A stretch of 64,000 nucleotides of DNA from Podarcis gaigeae (taxonomy: Eukaryota): NCBI GenBank assembly GCA_964106915.2, contig OZ066927.1; one strand, given 5' to 3'. Shown here one piece after another: positions 26,510-52,244 of this stretch. The position numbers were made by a program, and so were the translations under genes. A model generated the notes under the pieces. That model saw only the letters and a list, made by a program, of their open reading frames with translations, was not told the origin of the DNA and ran no database searches. The number at the start of each line of letters is the position of its first letter. Positions within the stretch are counted from its first letter, which is position 1.

Positions 26510-27290
26510 CTCTTGTTACTTGGAAGTCTGTGGAAAAGGAGCTATGAGTTTCTTTCTGTGAGCTGCTTCACCCACCAGTGGCTCCCAAAATGAGCAGCTC
26601 TCTTCCCACATGGCCAACCTCGGCTGGCTCCAGATCTTTGCACCCATCCTGACGAATGGCTGCACCGCCTCCTGCATATTGTTTCCCATGTACTCAACAC
26701 CCAGAATTAAACCATTATTAGCCTGAGTGGTTTGTTTGTTGTCTTTGGGGGTGTTTAGTCCAAGTCTTGGACTTTCCCTCCTCTTCTACCCCCACAATCT
26801 ATTGTAGTGTAGTTTGATATTCCTATAGCATTATGGCGGCTACTAAGGTGAACAAACCACCAAGACAGCAGCTGGAGCCACTTCTGCTCTGGCCGTGAGC
26901 CATCTCATGTGATCAAGTAGGTGGTTCTTGGTAGGAAGGCAAGATGGGCAATTTTGAGCCTCGTCAAGGTGGATAAACAGATCTGGCCTATGGAGCAGCA
27001 GTCTCCGTGCTCAGTGTCCCTCTGAAATGAATGAAAGCGGCGGCAGAAATCAAGTACGTTAAGTTTCTTGCCTTAGCAGCCTAGTAGAAACCATCAGAAA
27101 TATATCATAAAGCAGTGGAGGGGCCTGCTGAATTAATAGGAGTAAAATTAAGCCTAGGGGGCTAGTTCTGCTTGAAGTTTTCTTCATAGTGTATGCCTGC
27201 AACACTGACTGGTCATTTGTAATGTTCCTTTGGGATAAATCCTGTATTGGGTCCCTCCGCCTATACTGTGGTCGCTGTGCACTTTTGTTA

Positions 27291-27296
27291 AATAAA
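27291..27296 (+). terminator. Probable IQGAP1 poly(A) signal AATAAA
   Basis: First AATAAA after the stop codon (~780 nt downstream). A weaker ATTAAA lies at 26706-26711. Confidence 0.7.
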
Positions 27297-27312
27297 ATTC
27301 TAAGGACTGGAA

Positions 27313-27318
27313 TTTATT
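27313..27318 (-). terminator. Probable GNPTG poly(A) signal AATAAA
   Basis: First minus-strand AATAAA after the GNPTG stop (~460 nt downstream). Confidence 0.7.
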
Positions 27319-27776
27319 GGATGGATCCTCTTCTGGCCCAAGACACCACACAGTACATAAGACTGCTGCCCTCACTTGCGGCATTCTCTGTTACGAAGCA
27401 ATAAGACACAAAGCTCAAAAAGGCTGCCACAACTTCAACTTGCCTTCACTCCAAAAGAGAGTCCTGAGTTGGCAGCAGAGGCTCCTACCAGATACCGGCC
27501 TGCTGAAAAGACTGTCCTATATTTAACAGTTTCTGCTCTTCCCTGTGGGGTACAGAAGAGGGATAGGAAACCTGTGACTTTCCATATGCTTCTTGTTCAA
27601 TCCCAGCTCCCTTCAGGTCCAGTTAGCGTGGCCTATGCTGAAAGATGGAAGCTATACTCCAGCCTCATCTGAGGGGTCACAGGTTCCATAACCCAAGTAC
27701 AACCACACAATGTGGATTAAATTCTAATTGCTTGAAAACCCCAAATGCTGAGCAAGTTGTCCAGGGGGATTTTTCC

Positions 27777-34589
<6,813 letters not shown>

Positions 34590-34690
34590 CTTCGGTCTCC
34601 GGCGAGACCCGGAAGCGCCTGCAGGGGTTGCTCTTCCGGGGCGTCCGGGAGCCGCTCTACCCGCCTCTTCTCCCCTTGGTCCACGAGGAG

Positions 34691-37600
34691 ATGGGGCGGA
34701 AGCGGCAGCAGCAGCAGCAACGGCGACAGCGGCAGCCCCGGCCGGGACCCCCTCTCGAGGCGGAGGCGGAGGATGAGGAAGGCCCCGGCGGCGACTCCGG
34801 CCCCATCTTGGGCGGGGACCCGCTCCGCGGCCACTCTTCCTCCTCCCCCGTCAAGGGCGCGGCGGCGGGGTCGTCCGAGCCGGAGCCGGATAGCGGCAGC
34901 GTCCGGGGATGCGGCGAGGTCCGGGCCTCGCCTTCTCCCCCGCTGGCCATGTGGGACTTGGGGCACTGCGACCCGCGGCGCTGCACGGGGCGGCGGCTGG
35001 CGAGGAAGGGGCTGGTGCGGACGCTGCGCCTGGGGCAGCGCTTCGGGGGCGTCATCCTCAGCCCCGCCGCCACCCGCTTTGTCTCCCCCGCAGACAGGTG
35101 AGCGGAGCCGGCGGAGCTAGGAAGGTGTTAGAAGAAAAATCTGCTCCCTTTTCCCTGATGGGGTATCCAAGAGCCCGTACAGAGTCCTTATGTAGGTTCT
35201 CTATCGGTAGGAGAAAATAACAGAGGCCAACCAGAGAATATTGAGAAGCAAATCAGCTAGTAAGCCTGATCTTTATTAGACTGTTGCAACAGGGTGCTCA
35301 CTCACCACATGCAGGAGGGAGGAGGAACCCAGAACATTGGTGTGCAAGCAGTTATATAGACTTTTGAAATTGCCTACCCTGTAGCTCAAGACCACCCCCC
35401 AAAACATCATACATACATCACAGAAAGAGATGGCCCTCAGCCAGGATACATGATAATGCTTTATATGATTGCCTTTTCTGGTTAGCCTGGCCATTCCTTT
35501 GAGATGGTAAATACTTAGTTCCTGAATCTCTTACGTATGTTGATAGTGTTAAAAGAAAATATGGAACATGTATTAATATCAATAATACTTCCTTTTTAGA
35601 TACTTGCCAGATTGTATTTACAGGCATCTAGAGGAAAGGGGAAGCCAGCAAAGACAGGAAGAGGGTTTCTGCCGGTGGAGGGGAAAAGGCAGGACCTTTA
35701 ATCATGCTATACCTCAGGGCCACTCAATGGTAATTTTGGCAGACAAAAGAAAGCAGCTCTTCACACAGCTGGTAATAAACTCTGGAACTTGCTGAGAGGC
35801 AGTGATAGCCTTCAACTTTTCACTGATTAGACAGATTCATGACAAGCCTATCAGTGGCTTCTAGCCATAATTGTTTTGTTCTGTCTCCATTGCTGCCTCT
35901 GAATGAGTGCTGTTGTGTTCATGCCCTGCTTGCAGGCTTCCCTCAGGCATCTGTAAGAACAGGCTGCTCCAGCTACAGGGCTGCTTTCTTCTTAGTGCTC
36001 ATGTGTAGGGCCAGTATGTGGAGCCTGTAAGACTAATACTTCAGGGTTGAGGTGTGTTCTTTTTGGGCTTTGCTCAAGTGGATGCTTCCACAAGCTAGTG
36101 AGCTGATGAAACTTCACACTTTAGGATCAATGTAATGTTGCTGAGTCCTTGATTATTCAGATTTGGCCCCATCCAGTGTCTTCACATGAGAAGTCTGGCT
36201 TGGCGGTCTTGAGCAACTCACATCTGCTATCCTAACTGGATCCCAAAGCAGCTCTAGTGGAGCAAGAAACCAGCAACATCCTGGTTTGAAATTGCTGTTG
36301 CTGTGTTTTTAGACAGATTGTGGCTCAGAATGGAATTGCGGTTATTGACTGCTCTTGGGCAAAGCTGGATGAGACGCCGTTTGCCAAGATGAAGGGAAGC
36401 CATCTCCGCCTGCTGCCCTTTCTGGTGGCTGCAAATCCAGTGAACTACGGCCGGCCATGCAAACTCTCCTGTGTGGAAGCATTTGCAGCTACTTTCTACA
36501 TTGTGGGTGAGGCTGGAAGAAAAGCTTGTAGGACAAATTCTTTGCTGTACAGTGGACTGTATGAATACATGCCTGTCTGTGTGCAGCCACGCCTTAGTGT
36601 CAAACATATTTCCTTGATGACTGGGGCAAGTTTGAAAATGTTCTGGGGGTCTGTGGCATCTGCTGAGGAATCTGGGGTCTGTTCTCTCCACATTCCCTCC
36701 CTTCTTTTGAGCTTACAGCAAGGTGTATGTGAATGTACACATTGCTCAATTACTTTTTAAGAGGGACTTCTGTCTTTATTTTGAGCTACCTGCCTCTGTC
36801 CCAACTAACTGATTAATTGGAGAATGTGGCAAGATTTCTGAGTGATGCTATAAAATTGTCACCATAGGTCTTAACGTACCTCACAATGTCTGGACAGTTT
36901 TATCCTAAAGTACCTCTTAATATGTTTCATTAACTGTGTTGTATTTTGATCCATGTATACGATGCACTTTTTATGCCAATGAAGTAGATAGATAGATAAA
37001 AACTTAGTTATTTCAGAATGTCACGAGCAACTAGGAGGTATGGGGCTGGACAGCTTCTTCGCCTGCAAAGTACCTTGTAATTTTTTAAAAAATGCAGACT
37101 TTCTTGTCTTTATTTTAGGATTCTCTGATCTTGCCACAATCCTCTTACAAAAATTTAAATGGGGAAAAGTGTTCCTTGATTTGAATAAAGACCTCCTGGA
37201 GAAATATGCAGCCTGTAATTGTGAACAGGAAGTACTGAAAGTTGAACAAGAGTTTCTGGCTCATGCCCAAGAAAAAGAAAAAGAAGAAATAGGTAAGAAC
37301 CTACTGACTTTTACTTCTGAGGACCTTTGAGTCTTCTTAAACAATGCCTTGACATTGCCCTTGTCTTCCCCGCACCTCCATGGTCAGTAAATCAAGTGGT
37401 GCTTAGTCAGAAAGCTGCTCCATTCTTCTGGGATGAACATATAGGATCAGTCAGCCACATAACTTGGGTGCCCCCTAGGAGAGTGGGGAATCCCCAGCAT
37501 AGAACTATACTACATCACCAACAAAGTGTCCCACATAATCCCATACATTCTAGAAGACAAGACAAAACAATGAGTACACCTGGAGAGAGACATAATTGAA

Positions 37601-38863
37601 AATACCTTCACCACAGCTTACCCATTCCTCCCCAAAAAACTAAGGAAAATCCCCACAACACTAAACAGGTTCATACAGAGCATGCTTAAAGCATGGAAGG
37701 AAAAACCAAGTAAACTGTCTTCAAACCCATCCCCACTAATCCCCCATAGTGGGCACACCATCCACTATTGCACCACCCAGCACAAAACCTCTAGATAAAA
37801 ACCTGAGAAGGCAAAGGCTTATACTGCCTAGCAGACGTCTACAAAAATAACAAACCCATATCAACGCAAGAAATACAAGACAAACTAGGGGACACCGAAA
37901 TGCCCTGGGCTAACACACCACCAAGTACATGCCCTTTTAAATAATCCAGTAGTAAAATGAGCAGCGACTAGGCCCTTGACAGCCTTCAAAAACCTCCTCC
38001 TAACAACAAAGGGCTACAATATACAAAATACTGCTCCAAAATCCCACAAACCCCCTCAACGTAATCAGAAAACAATGGTTCAACATTTGTTGTTGGAAAA
38101 GTGAAATACAAGTATTAAATCACCTCAACATTTAGAGCTTTGTTATGGCAACACTAACACCTTGAGTTAGGCCTGGTAGCTCACTGTCAGCCAGTGATAC
38201 TGGTCTTCTCTGATGCAGTAATTATTGTCAATATAAAGTCTCTGCCCATCTCCCCTGCCCTCAGAGACCACACCAGCTGGACTAACAAACCAACCCCACG
38301 TTCCCAAGTTATCTACCATCAACTGCCTGTGGCAATTACTATTGGCATTGTACTGGTAAATTATTGTATATTGATTTTACTTTTAAGTCATCTTGGAATG
38401 ATTTGCATTCTGAAAGATGGGATGTAATTGCATACATATGGGTCTAGAGAAGAAAAAACTTGGAACAATAGCTTACCATCCTGCTTTTTTCTCTCCACAG
38501 ACCCCTTTGATATTGACTCTGGAAAAGAGTTTTTTAATCCCAACAGGCCTGCCAGAACTTCAGGGTAAGATCTTCAGGTTTGCAATCCTAAACCCACCAG
38601 GGAACAAGTCCATTTAGTGGGGCTTACTTCTGAGTTGACATAGCAGTAGTGTCTCATTTTCCTTTTCCTTCTTGATTTGTATTACACTGATCTCCATTCA
38701 TAGAATAACTGCTGGTGATGAAAGTTCCGATGAAGAAACATCTGATGAGGATGAGGATGCTGGAAAGAGTAGCAGCTCAGAGGACCTGAATGCAACATGT
38801 GCTGCACACAGCAAGCCAGCTGTGTGGGAGAAAACTAAAAACAAACCAAGGTTCCAATCCTGA
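34691..38863 (+). CDS. TSR3: 18S rRNA aminocarboxypropyltransferase TSR3, complete
   Basis: Exons 34691-35097 (MGRKR...[19 protein letters not shown]...SPADR), 36313-36506 ([11 protein letters not shown]...[27 protein letters not shown]), 37119-37292 ([11 protein letters not shown]), 38501-38564 (DPFDIDSG), 38704-38863 (acidic tail, TGA). These are the characteristic TSR3 motifs. Confidence 0.96.
37460..38080 (+). mobile_element. Degraded L1-clade LINE ORF2 fragment in TSR3 intron 3
   Basis: Strong A/C skew; broken-frame motifs GIPSIELYY and PSPLIP like non-mammalian L1 ORF2 downstream of the RT domain. Confidence 0.6.
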
Positions 38864-38939
38864 GCATTCTTACAAGGAAGTAAGTCCCATTGAACTCAGT
38901 GATGGGGTTTGCTTTTAAATAAAGCCTGTCTAGGATTGG
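38854..38939. mobile_element. Short palindromic MITE-like element overlapping the TSR3 stop codon
   Basis: Inverted ends CCAATCCT / AGGATTGG and core GAAGTAAGTCCCATTGAACTCAGTG; related copy at ~38580-38645. Confidence 0.55.
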
Positions 38940-39160
38940 GCTTGACCGCACTTTCCTCTGGTGAGTCCAGTGGGTTAAGAAGATATACAGGGTTGGGCGA
39001 GAACCTTCTTCTGTGGATAGCAGTCCCCACTTACTGCTAGCAAATGAGGCCTCACCGTCTCTCTTCTGCTGTAGTGGCCATACACTGCAACTGTGGCACG
39101 CTTTTAAATCACCATTTCAGCTAGTCTCTACTAGTAGAATATGTTGTGATGTTGGAAGGA

Positions 39161-39166
39161 AATAAA
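39161..39166 (+). terminator. Candidate TSR3 poly(A) signal (a proximal one lies at 38918-38923)
   Basis: AATAAA hexamers downstream of the TSR3 stop. Confidence 0.55.
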
Positions 39167-40074
39167 CTCTGTGAGGTTCCCTGAAATAACGTCTCCACCT
39201 CTCAATTCAGTACCTCTCCTGATACCCAAGAGAGGTTTTGGCCTGGTGGCTGGGAATGCAGATGCTGAATGAGAAGCTCCAGCTGAGATGGGCAGGCACC
39301 CTGACCCTTCTTATACTGCCGAGGGTGAAGAACACAAGGGACTACCTTGCTGGAGCAAGGCCGGACTCCACACACACACACCCCTCCATCCTCCTCCAGT
39401 GAGCTGCCTCTTGGGGATCAGATGGTAGCAAACAAAGGTGGCTGAAATTGTAGCGTTACAAAAGCACCCCAAGCCCATTGCAGTATTTAACCTGTGTCAC
39501 TTGTGCCTTGATACAAAAAGAATTCCTCACTTTTCAGGCAAGAGGAAAGATGAAACTGCACTCGTAAGTTTCCTTAGGTCACCAGTGGGGTGTGGGACAG
39601 TAGCCAATGAGAATATCACCAGGATAATGAAGCTACTGGGTCTGACACATGCATTTTCAACCCTTCAGTCTCTTATTGTCCAGCTAAAAGGATGCTTTGA
39701 TTTGAAGGAAGGAAATCCTTATATGGCAATGTTGAAAAGCATTATCCCTGCCCCCAACATGTATATTCATGGCAGTGGAATAAACACTAATGTACCAAAC
39801 TTTGATTAGTTTGTCCTTTCATCCTATTAAGCCAAGCAGCCAAATGATGCGCTATTGTATGTTGGATGCTTGAATACAGCAGTATGGTCACATGGAACTA
39901 ACTACCGGTGGCTTTTCAAGATCTCACACAGATCTTTTTTAACTCCTGCTGCCTGGAATGACCATGGCATGATATCTCTCCCAAAGCTATTGAATGCCCG
40001 CAGGAGAGGTCACTCCAAAAGTGACAAGTATATTACAGGAAGAAAGTGAGACAAAAAAGCTTTATAGAAACAAG

Positions 40075-40080
40075 TTTATT
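40075..40080 (-). terminator. Candidate UBE2I poly(A) signal (another at 40190-40195)
   Basis: Minus-strand AATAAA ~560 nt after the stop, preceded by GT-rich UTR sequence. Confidence 0.6.
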
Positions 40081-40642
40081 TACTCTAAACAGCAACACAG
40101 ACAAAACGCCATAAACACAAAGGAAGTGATGCAGAATCAAGATGCTGGCTGACTTTGGATCTGGAGGCTTTTAAGCAACAACAACCTAATTTATTATTGG
40201 TAGAAATCAAAAAAGGGGGGTGGAGGGCATGTTTTTCTTTTTCTTCTTACAGCCAAGTAGAGGCAAAATATACTTCTAAACAGTTTAAAGCATGCCTGCA
40301 TCAGAAAGCAAAGAAACTAGAGATACTAGTGAATTTATAGAAGTATAAAAGTTTATAGTTTTACAGCAGTTGAAATACTGACATCAATATTAAAATAAAA
40401 GCAAGTTTTACATAACAATCAAAAATACAAAAGACTGAAGGAAGAGACCCTGTATGAAAAAACGGGGGGCAATTCAGCAAATTTAGAACTGTATACAAGT
40501 GGCGAATATGGAAAATGGCACACATACAATCCCCTCCCCTAAGTGACTATTAATTGTACATAGTGACAATAGATTTGCAAAAGTTTTGTAAACAAGTTCT
40601 TGCCAATTAATCCCTTCCTTTAAGATGCTGGATGACAGGAGC

Positions 40643-47180
<6,538 letters not shown>

Positions 47181-47201
47181 AGCTTTGTTAGAAAGGAGAC
47201 G

Positions 47202-47248
47202 TTTATTTCATGCACTTTACAAGGAGCGAGTGTAACGAAACTTTTATT
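47202..47248 (-). terminator. Candidate distal KCTD5 poly(A) signals (47202-47207, 47243-47248); proximal signal at 51888-51893
   Basis: Two minus-strand AATAAA with a TGTA element between them, at the end of an AT-rich UTR-like tract. Confidence 0.5.
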
Positions 47249-50200
47249 TAAAATATCCACACATATCAGTAATATATTTGTTCCAGAAGTGACACATCCA
47301 CCTGAAAACGAACTGGAGATGCCTCGAAAGGGACTCCTCTAAGAAATCTTTCATTTTGTTCTGCTCACAGCCAGGCCAAAAGTACAGAGGTGGGGAAGGG
47401 TGCAATGCCAGGTGTCAAACTGCTGCAAAAAGTACTCTTCAAAGATAAAGAACTGGTGCAAAAAAGAACTATTGCTAATCCACTGTCTGGAAGATAAGAT
47501 TGTACATTTTTTTTTATAAAAAAAATTGATGTAATCAGAAAGCAAACTGATGGGTTGGAGAGGAGGCACAGGAAGAGCCTAATTTCAAACCAGCCTCTCC
47601 TCATCAATGTTTTAAACGGTCAACCTTTCCAGAGCACAGAGGAAGGCAGAGTGATGATCTCACCTCTCCTGTTGGTTGGTCTACCTGGGAAGTTTTAATG
47701 TAGGAAGAACCCTCCTGGATCAGACCAAAAGGCAACCAAGTGCCCTTCCTGGGAAGCCCTCATACTGTTGTATTCAAAGGCACAGGAGTGCCTCTGCTCA
47801 TGGATGCACTACACAGCCCCCCTGACTAGTAGCAGCAATAATTCTAGGTTTGTAGTTATGTTTTAAAAAGTAAAGCATGCATCAAGTATTCGGATTTGCT
47901 TCCTGTCCAGGTGCACAGAAAATCTAGTCCTTTGTAAGCACAGTGAAATTGCTGCCTTTGATAAACTTTGCCCCAAGCAATGACCTGTTTTCTACCCTAT
48001 GGAAGGACAGAAAACACTTTCCCACACATGACATTTCAGTTTTGTAAACGATGGAGTGTTCACAAGCAAATGCATCTTCTTGATTACGGCCCCACTGAGA
48101 TGCAAGCAAACTTTCATTAACTTGCATTCAAGTTCTGTGGAAAGGTCAGCCCTTGACATTCCTACTGCATGACAATTACAGCCAGGTAGCCCTTTCAGCC
48201 CTCGTTTTTGGAGCAAGTTGTCACAAAGCTTGAGGCACCCATGTTTCCCTAAGTAAATGCATTACCAAATCTTAAACGGCAGCTCTAAAGCAAGATTCAG
48301 AGATGGCCAAGATAGTGAAGGAGCACTGAATAAGCAAATAACCACTTCAAGGCTTGTTTCAAATCCATTTTCTGTTTGCAAGCAGGTAAAGTAGCCCAGG
48401 CTGTGAAAAATATCTTAGTTCAGCAACAGCACTAAAAATGGAATTTGAAGGAAGGTCCAATAAGTAGACAATGACTAAACTTGTACGACAGCCTTTCAAA
48501 GGAACTCAATTTCTCCTTGAATTCAGGTGTTAACTCACATGCAGGGAACTACTGGTTTTAAGCCAGAGGGAGTCCATGCATCTCTTTCTAATGCCATACC
48601 AGTCCTACCCTCTGACGGTGACTGATTTTGGCTGTCTGCAAGGGAACCCCTACATACAAGTAGCAATTGCACAGAATCCCTGATGGTGTGGATGTCCTAT
48701 GTGTGAGCGTGGTTTGGCCCTAGTCCTATATCAGTGCGAAAGATCATTTGCTCCAGAGACCAGCATGCTATCAGAAAGAACCTTGAAATGAAACAGAGGC
48801 AACAGCTGCCACGCCTGGGGTAGGAGAGCATGTGAATGTTTGGCAACACTCAACTTTGTTAAGTGGTAGCTCTGACAGTGAGAAAGGAGTGTTCTCCCTT
48901 CCACCCTCTACAAGGACACAGCAGGCCTCGGGTCGATCTCTCCTCTTGCGACAAAAGCAATTTTCTCTACTCATTCTACCCACCTTTTACTAAAATATGT
49001 GAGAGTCAGGGAATGGCAGCATCCGGGTGTCAGGCCATAGTTGTATGCAAGTGTCTGAAATGGGGTATGTTTTTTCCAGACTAAATGATAGCTTATGGCA
49101 GCAAGGGATGGGACAGACAAGACAGAAAGTTGCATGGCTAAATGAGCACAGATGTAACTGAAGCATCTATTTCTTTTGTTGTCAGGCATCATTGCCTTGA
49201 GAATCAATGATCTCCTCGGGGGGGGGGGCTTCAAGCCCCTTGTTTACATGAGAAACTTCACATTTGCTCTCCCCACCCCCTTTTAAATAAATAATTGACA
49301 TTTCTTTTAAAAAACTGAGTAAAATGAAGGCAAAGCTGAGGCAAAACTACAGCTGAGCAGTGCAACAAAAGCTGTCTGTGTCCACTTTAGTATTTCAGTG
49401 GGAATGGGAAAGTTTGCCTTTTTAAGCTGCTGAAATCTGTCCAGTTCTCCAAGGGGGGGATGTAATTTGCAGAATGCATAGAGACACTAACACACTGAAG
49501 TGAGGAAAGTGGCAAGTGGCTGAAAGGAGCACCTGTTCTCTCCCCTTAAAGAACGTGAGCAAAGCAGCAGAAGGCACCTGGGTAGCCCTTTACCTGCTGT
49601 CCTCTACACTTCATGGTATAGGGTTTTTGGTACAATCTAAAATTTGTACCAAAGAAAATGATATTCTGCAGTGCCAGTTTAAATACTTCCCCTAATTTTT
49701 AAAAGATACCTGGCTTCCAAGTTTCAGGAGCCTACAGACAAGTAACAAAGGGGAAAGGAGAGAATAAAAGGCCTGAGGTGGCAGTTCTGGGGGACAGAAG
49801 CAGAGCCACAAAGGATAGGAAAGCCTAGTCTGGCACCCACTTGCTTTCTGAGCTCTCCTCTCACTGCCTACATTACCCATCACGAGAGCAAGAAACCTGT
49901 ATTTTTTTCTTAAGCCAACAATGGAAGCTGAGGTTCTCAACATGCTAAGCTTTATACCACAGACCACATTCCACAATCATGAAGAATACAAAAAGATTCC
50001 ACACTTGCAAGGTTAAATCCTAGGATGCAACTTAAATTTCATACTGTTCAACATGCTAAAACTTTTTCTGTGTTCAGTAAGAAGCCAAACTAATGCAGAG
50101 AGAAAACCTTGCCTGCAGCCAAAATTATCACCCTGACAGACACTGGCTTCAGCCCCTTCCAAAGTGTCTCCTGATGCTTTCTGGCTTTAAAGTCAGAGGG

Positions 50201-51521
50201 AGAACAAGAGGAACATCAAAAATCCCCTCCTCCGAGGACATAAGGGGACAGTGGCAGCAAGGTGGGAAATCCCACCCCAAAGCAGCAAACACGTTCACTG
50301 GCCACTTGATGGACAGAGTGGCTGCTTCTGTGCTCCACCTCCTTCCACTCACCATGTTTTGCTGCTGCCCCCTCTCAAGCCTGAAATTTGTGTCAGTCAA
50401 ATCCTTTGCTACTTACAGCAAAAACATTCAAAGGCAGTTTCTGGACAGGCATGTGACCACCTTTAAGGAAAGGCTGTTTGGAGATGGAGGCCTTTCAAGC
50501 CAGCCACTCAGACTGCCCTGGCAGAATGCGTCACAGTAACGGTGGGGCCTGAAGGAGAACAAGGCCTGTTCAGCCAATTCAAGAGCCATCTTTGCATCTG
50601 CATATATGTGTGCGTGCACACACACACATGCACACGCAGACACACTCGCAGTAACATTTCTTTCTACGTACATGAAATGTGATCTCTTAGCACATTGGCA
50701 TTCGCTTTACAGTAATCAAACACAAGATGCCTAAAAAAGTATAAAAGTAGAAACATTTCACCCTTCAGAAGAATTACATTTTAGTAAATTCATTTCAATG
50801 CTAACATCTTAAAAAAGACAAACGGATTACTCAATGTTGAGGAGGGCCTTGCAACTTTCTGTGCAGACCAGCCTCCATGGCAAAAGACAAATGGCCCACT
50901 TGCTGATCTACTGGGCAGAAAAGGTTTGCCAAAAACCAGATCAAAAATGCAGGCAGACAAGGGATGCTCAAGATTGTGAGGACTCCACACATCTGAATGG
51001 AAAAGGAAGGGGTGTGTATACACACAGCTTCTGTGAGTTGCTTAATGAAAGTTAAAATATAGGTAGCATGTTAAGAGAGCCTCAGACAAGCAAGGGCTCC
51101 TCTCTGTGCTCTATGAAGCAGAGAGATCTGTATATACTCCTTTAAATCTATTTTCAAAAGACATGCTAATGGTTTCATTTAAACACAGTACACTAAAAAG
51201 CTCCAGTTGTGTTTCTTCACATTTACCACAAGCCTCTCTCAATGAAACCACAAGTGTTATTGACAGTACTTGCCAAACATCAGAAGGAACTGCATAGATA
51301 AGAGAATGTAGAAATGACTGTAAACATCTGTTAAAGAATCACAATAATTCCTGCCTTCAGCTGCACAAACTCTGGTGCTTTTGAGCACAGAGATTCTCAC
51401 TCCCAGCCTTCATGATGGAGCACCCATGAAGACTCAACCCCCATGTCTATCTTCAGTGCTGTGAGTCCACGGGGGTAGCAATACTTGCAGGCATTTCTAA
51501 AAACAAAGAACGCAACTTTGG

Positions 51522-51541
51522 TGTGTGTGTGTGTGTGTGTT
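51522..51541. repeat. (GT)n microsatellite
   Basis: About 10 units in the putative KCTD5 3' UTR. Confidence 0.85.
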
Positions 51542-52244
51542 TTTCGTGTGTGCACACATGTGTGCAAGGCAAGGTATTTGCCATATTATTTTTGTTTAAC
51601 TGGGGCTTCAATCCTAAAGCGTAGCTAAAATTGGAGGTTAACCTTTGCAGGAGCAAGTTACCTGGAGAGGAAGGCTGTCCCTAGAGTTGTGGGCAAAATA
51701 AGACCTTCTTCCCAAGAAGAGAATACCCTCTGGGTACTGAAGCAAGCAGGGTCGGGAGGGGGAAGAAGATGCACCCCTCCCTTAGTCTGGGCTAGTGCAT
51801 TCTTACAATAGATCCCCAAGGAATGTACAGCAGCCGCCACAGTCAACTGGAGCTGCTTAAGGATGTCTGCCCACATGTGGGCTGTAATTTATTCATAGCA
51901 CCAAGTATGTTGACCTTGAACTGCCTACAATTATTAAAACCCAAATTGTTTCCCTACAATCAGCAAAGCATCGCTATATCTCTTCGGAAGGAAAGCATAG
52001 AGTGAAGTCAAATCTTCTTTCCATGGGATTAAGATCAGCACAACCGGGCACCAGAGCCAACACAACCCCTCTTGCTGCTGAAGGCAGGCATCTGCAAGCA
52101 GCCAGCTCCAGCTCCAGCACCACCTTCAGGGTTCAAAATCCAGAACTACAGAAATGGTCTGAACAAGCGACATCCTCTTGGTGCCAAGCCTCTTCGTGTG
52201 GCAATGCAAAGGAAAACTTGTCAGCATTCAATACTGGGGCAGAG

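Noticed and set aside
27069-27075. miR-124 7mer-A1 site TGCCTTA in the IQGAP1 3' UTR
   Set aside because: A single 7-mer can occur by chance, and I cannot show orthology to the mammalian site without an alignment.
39438-39809. 123-aa ORF between TSR3 and UBE2I as a BAIAP3 remnant or novel gene
   Set aside because: GTG start, wrong strand for BAIAP3, and no resemblance to C2 or MHD domains.
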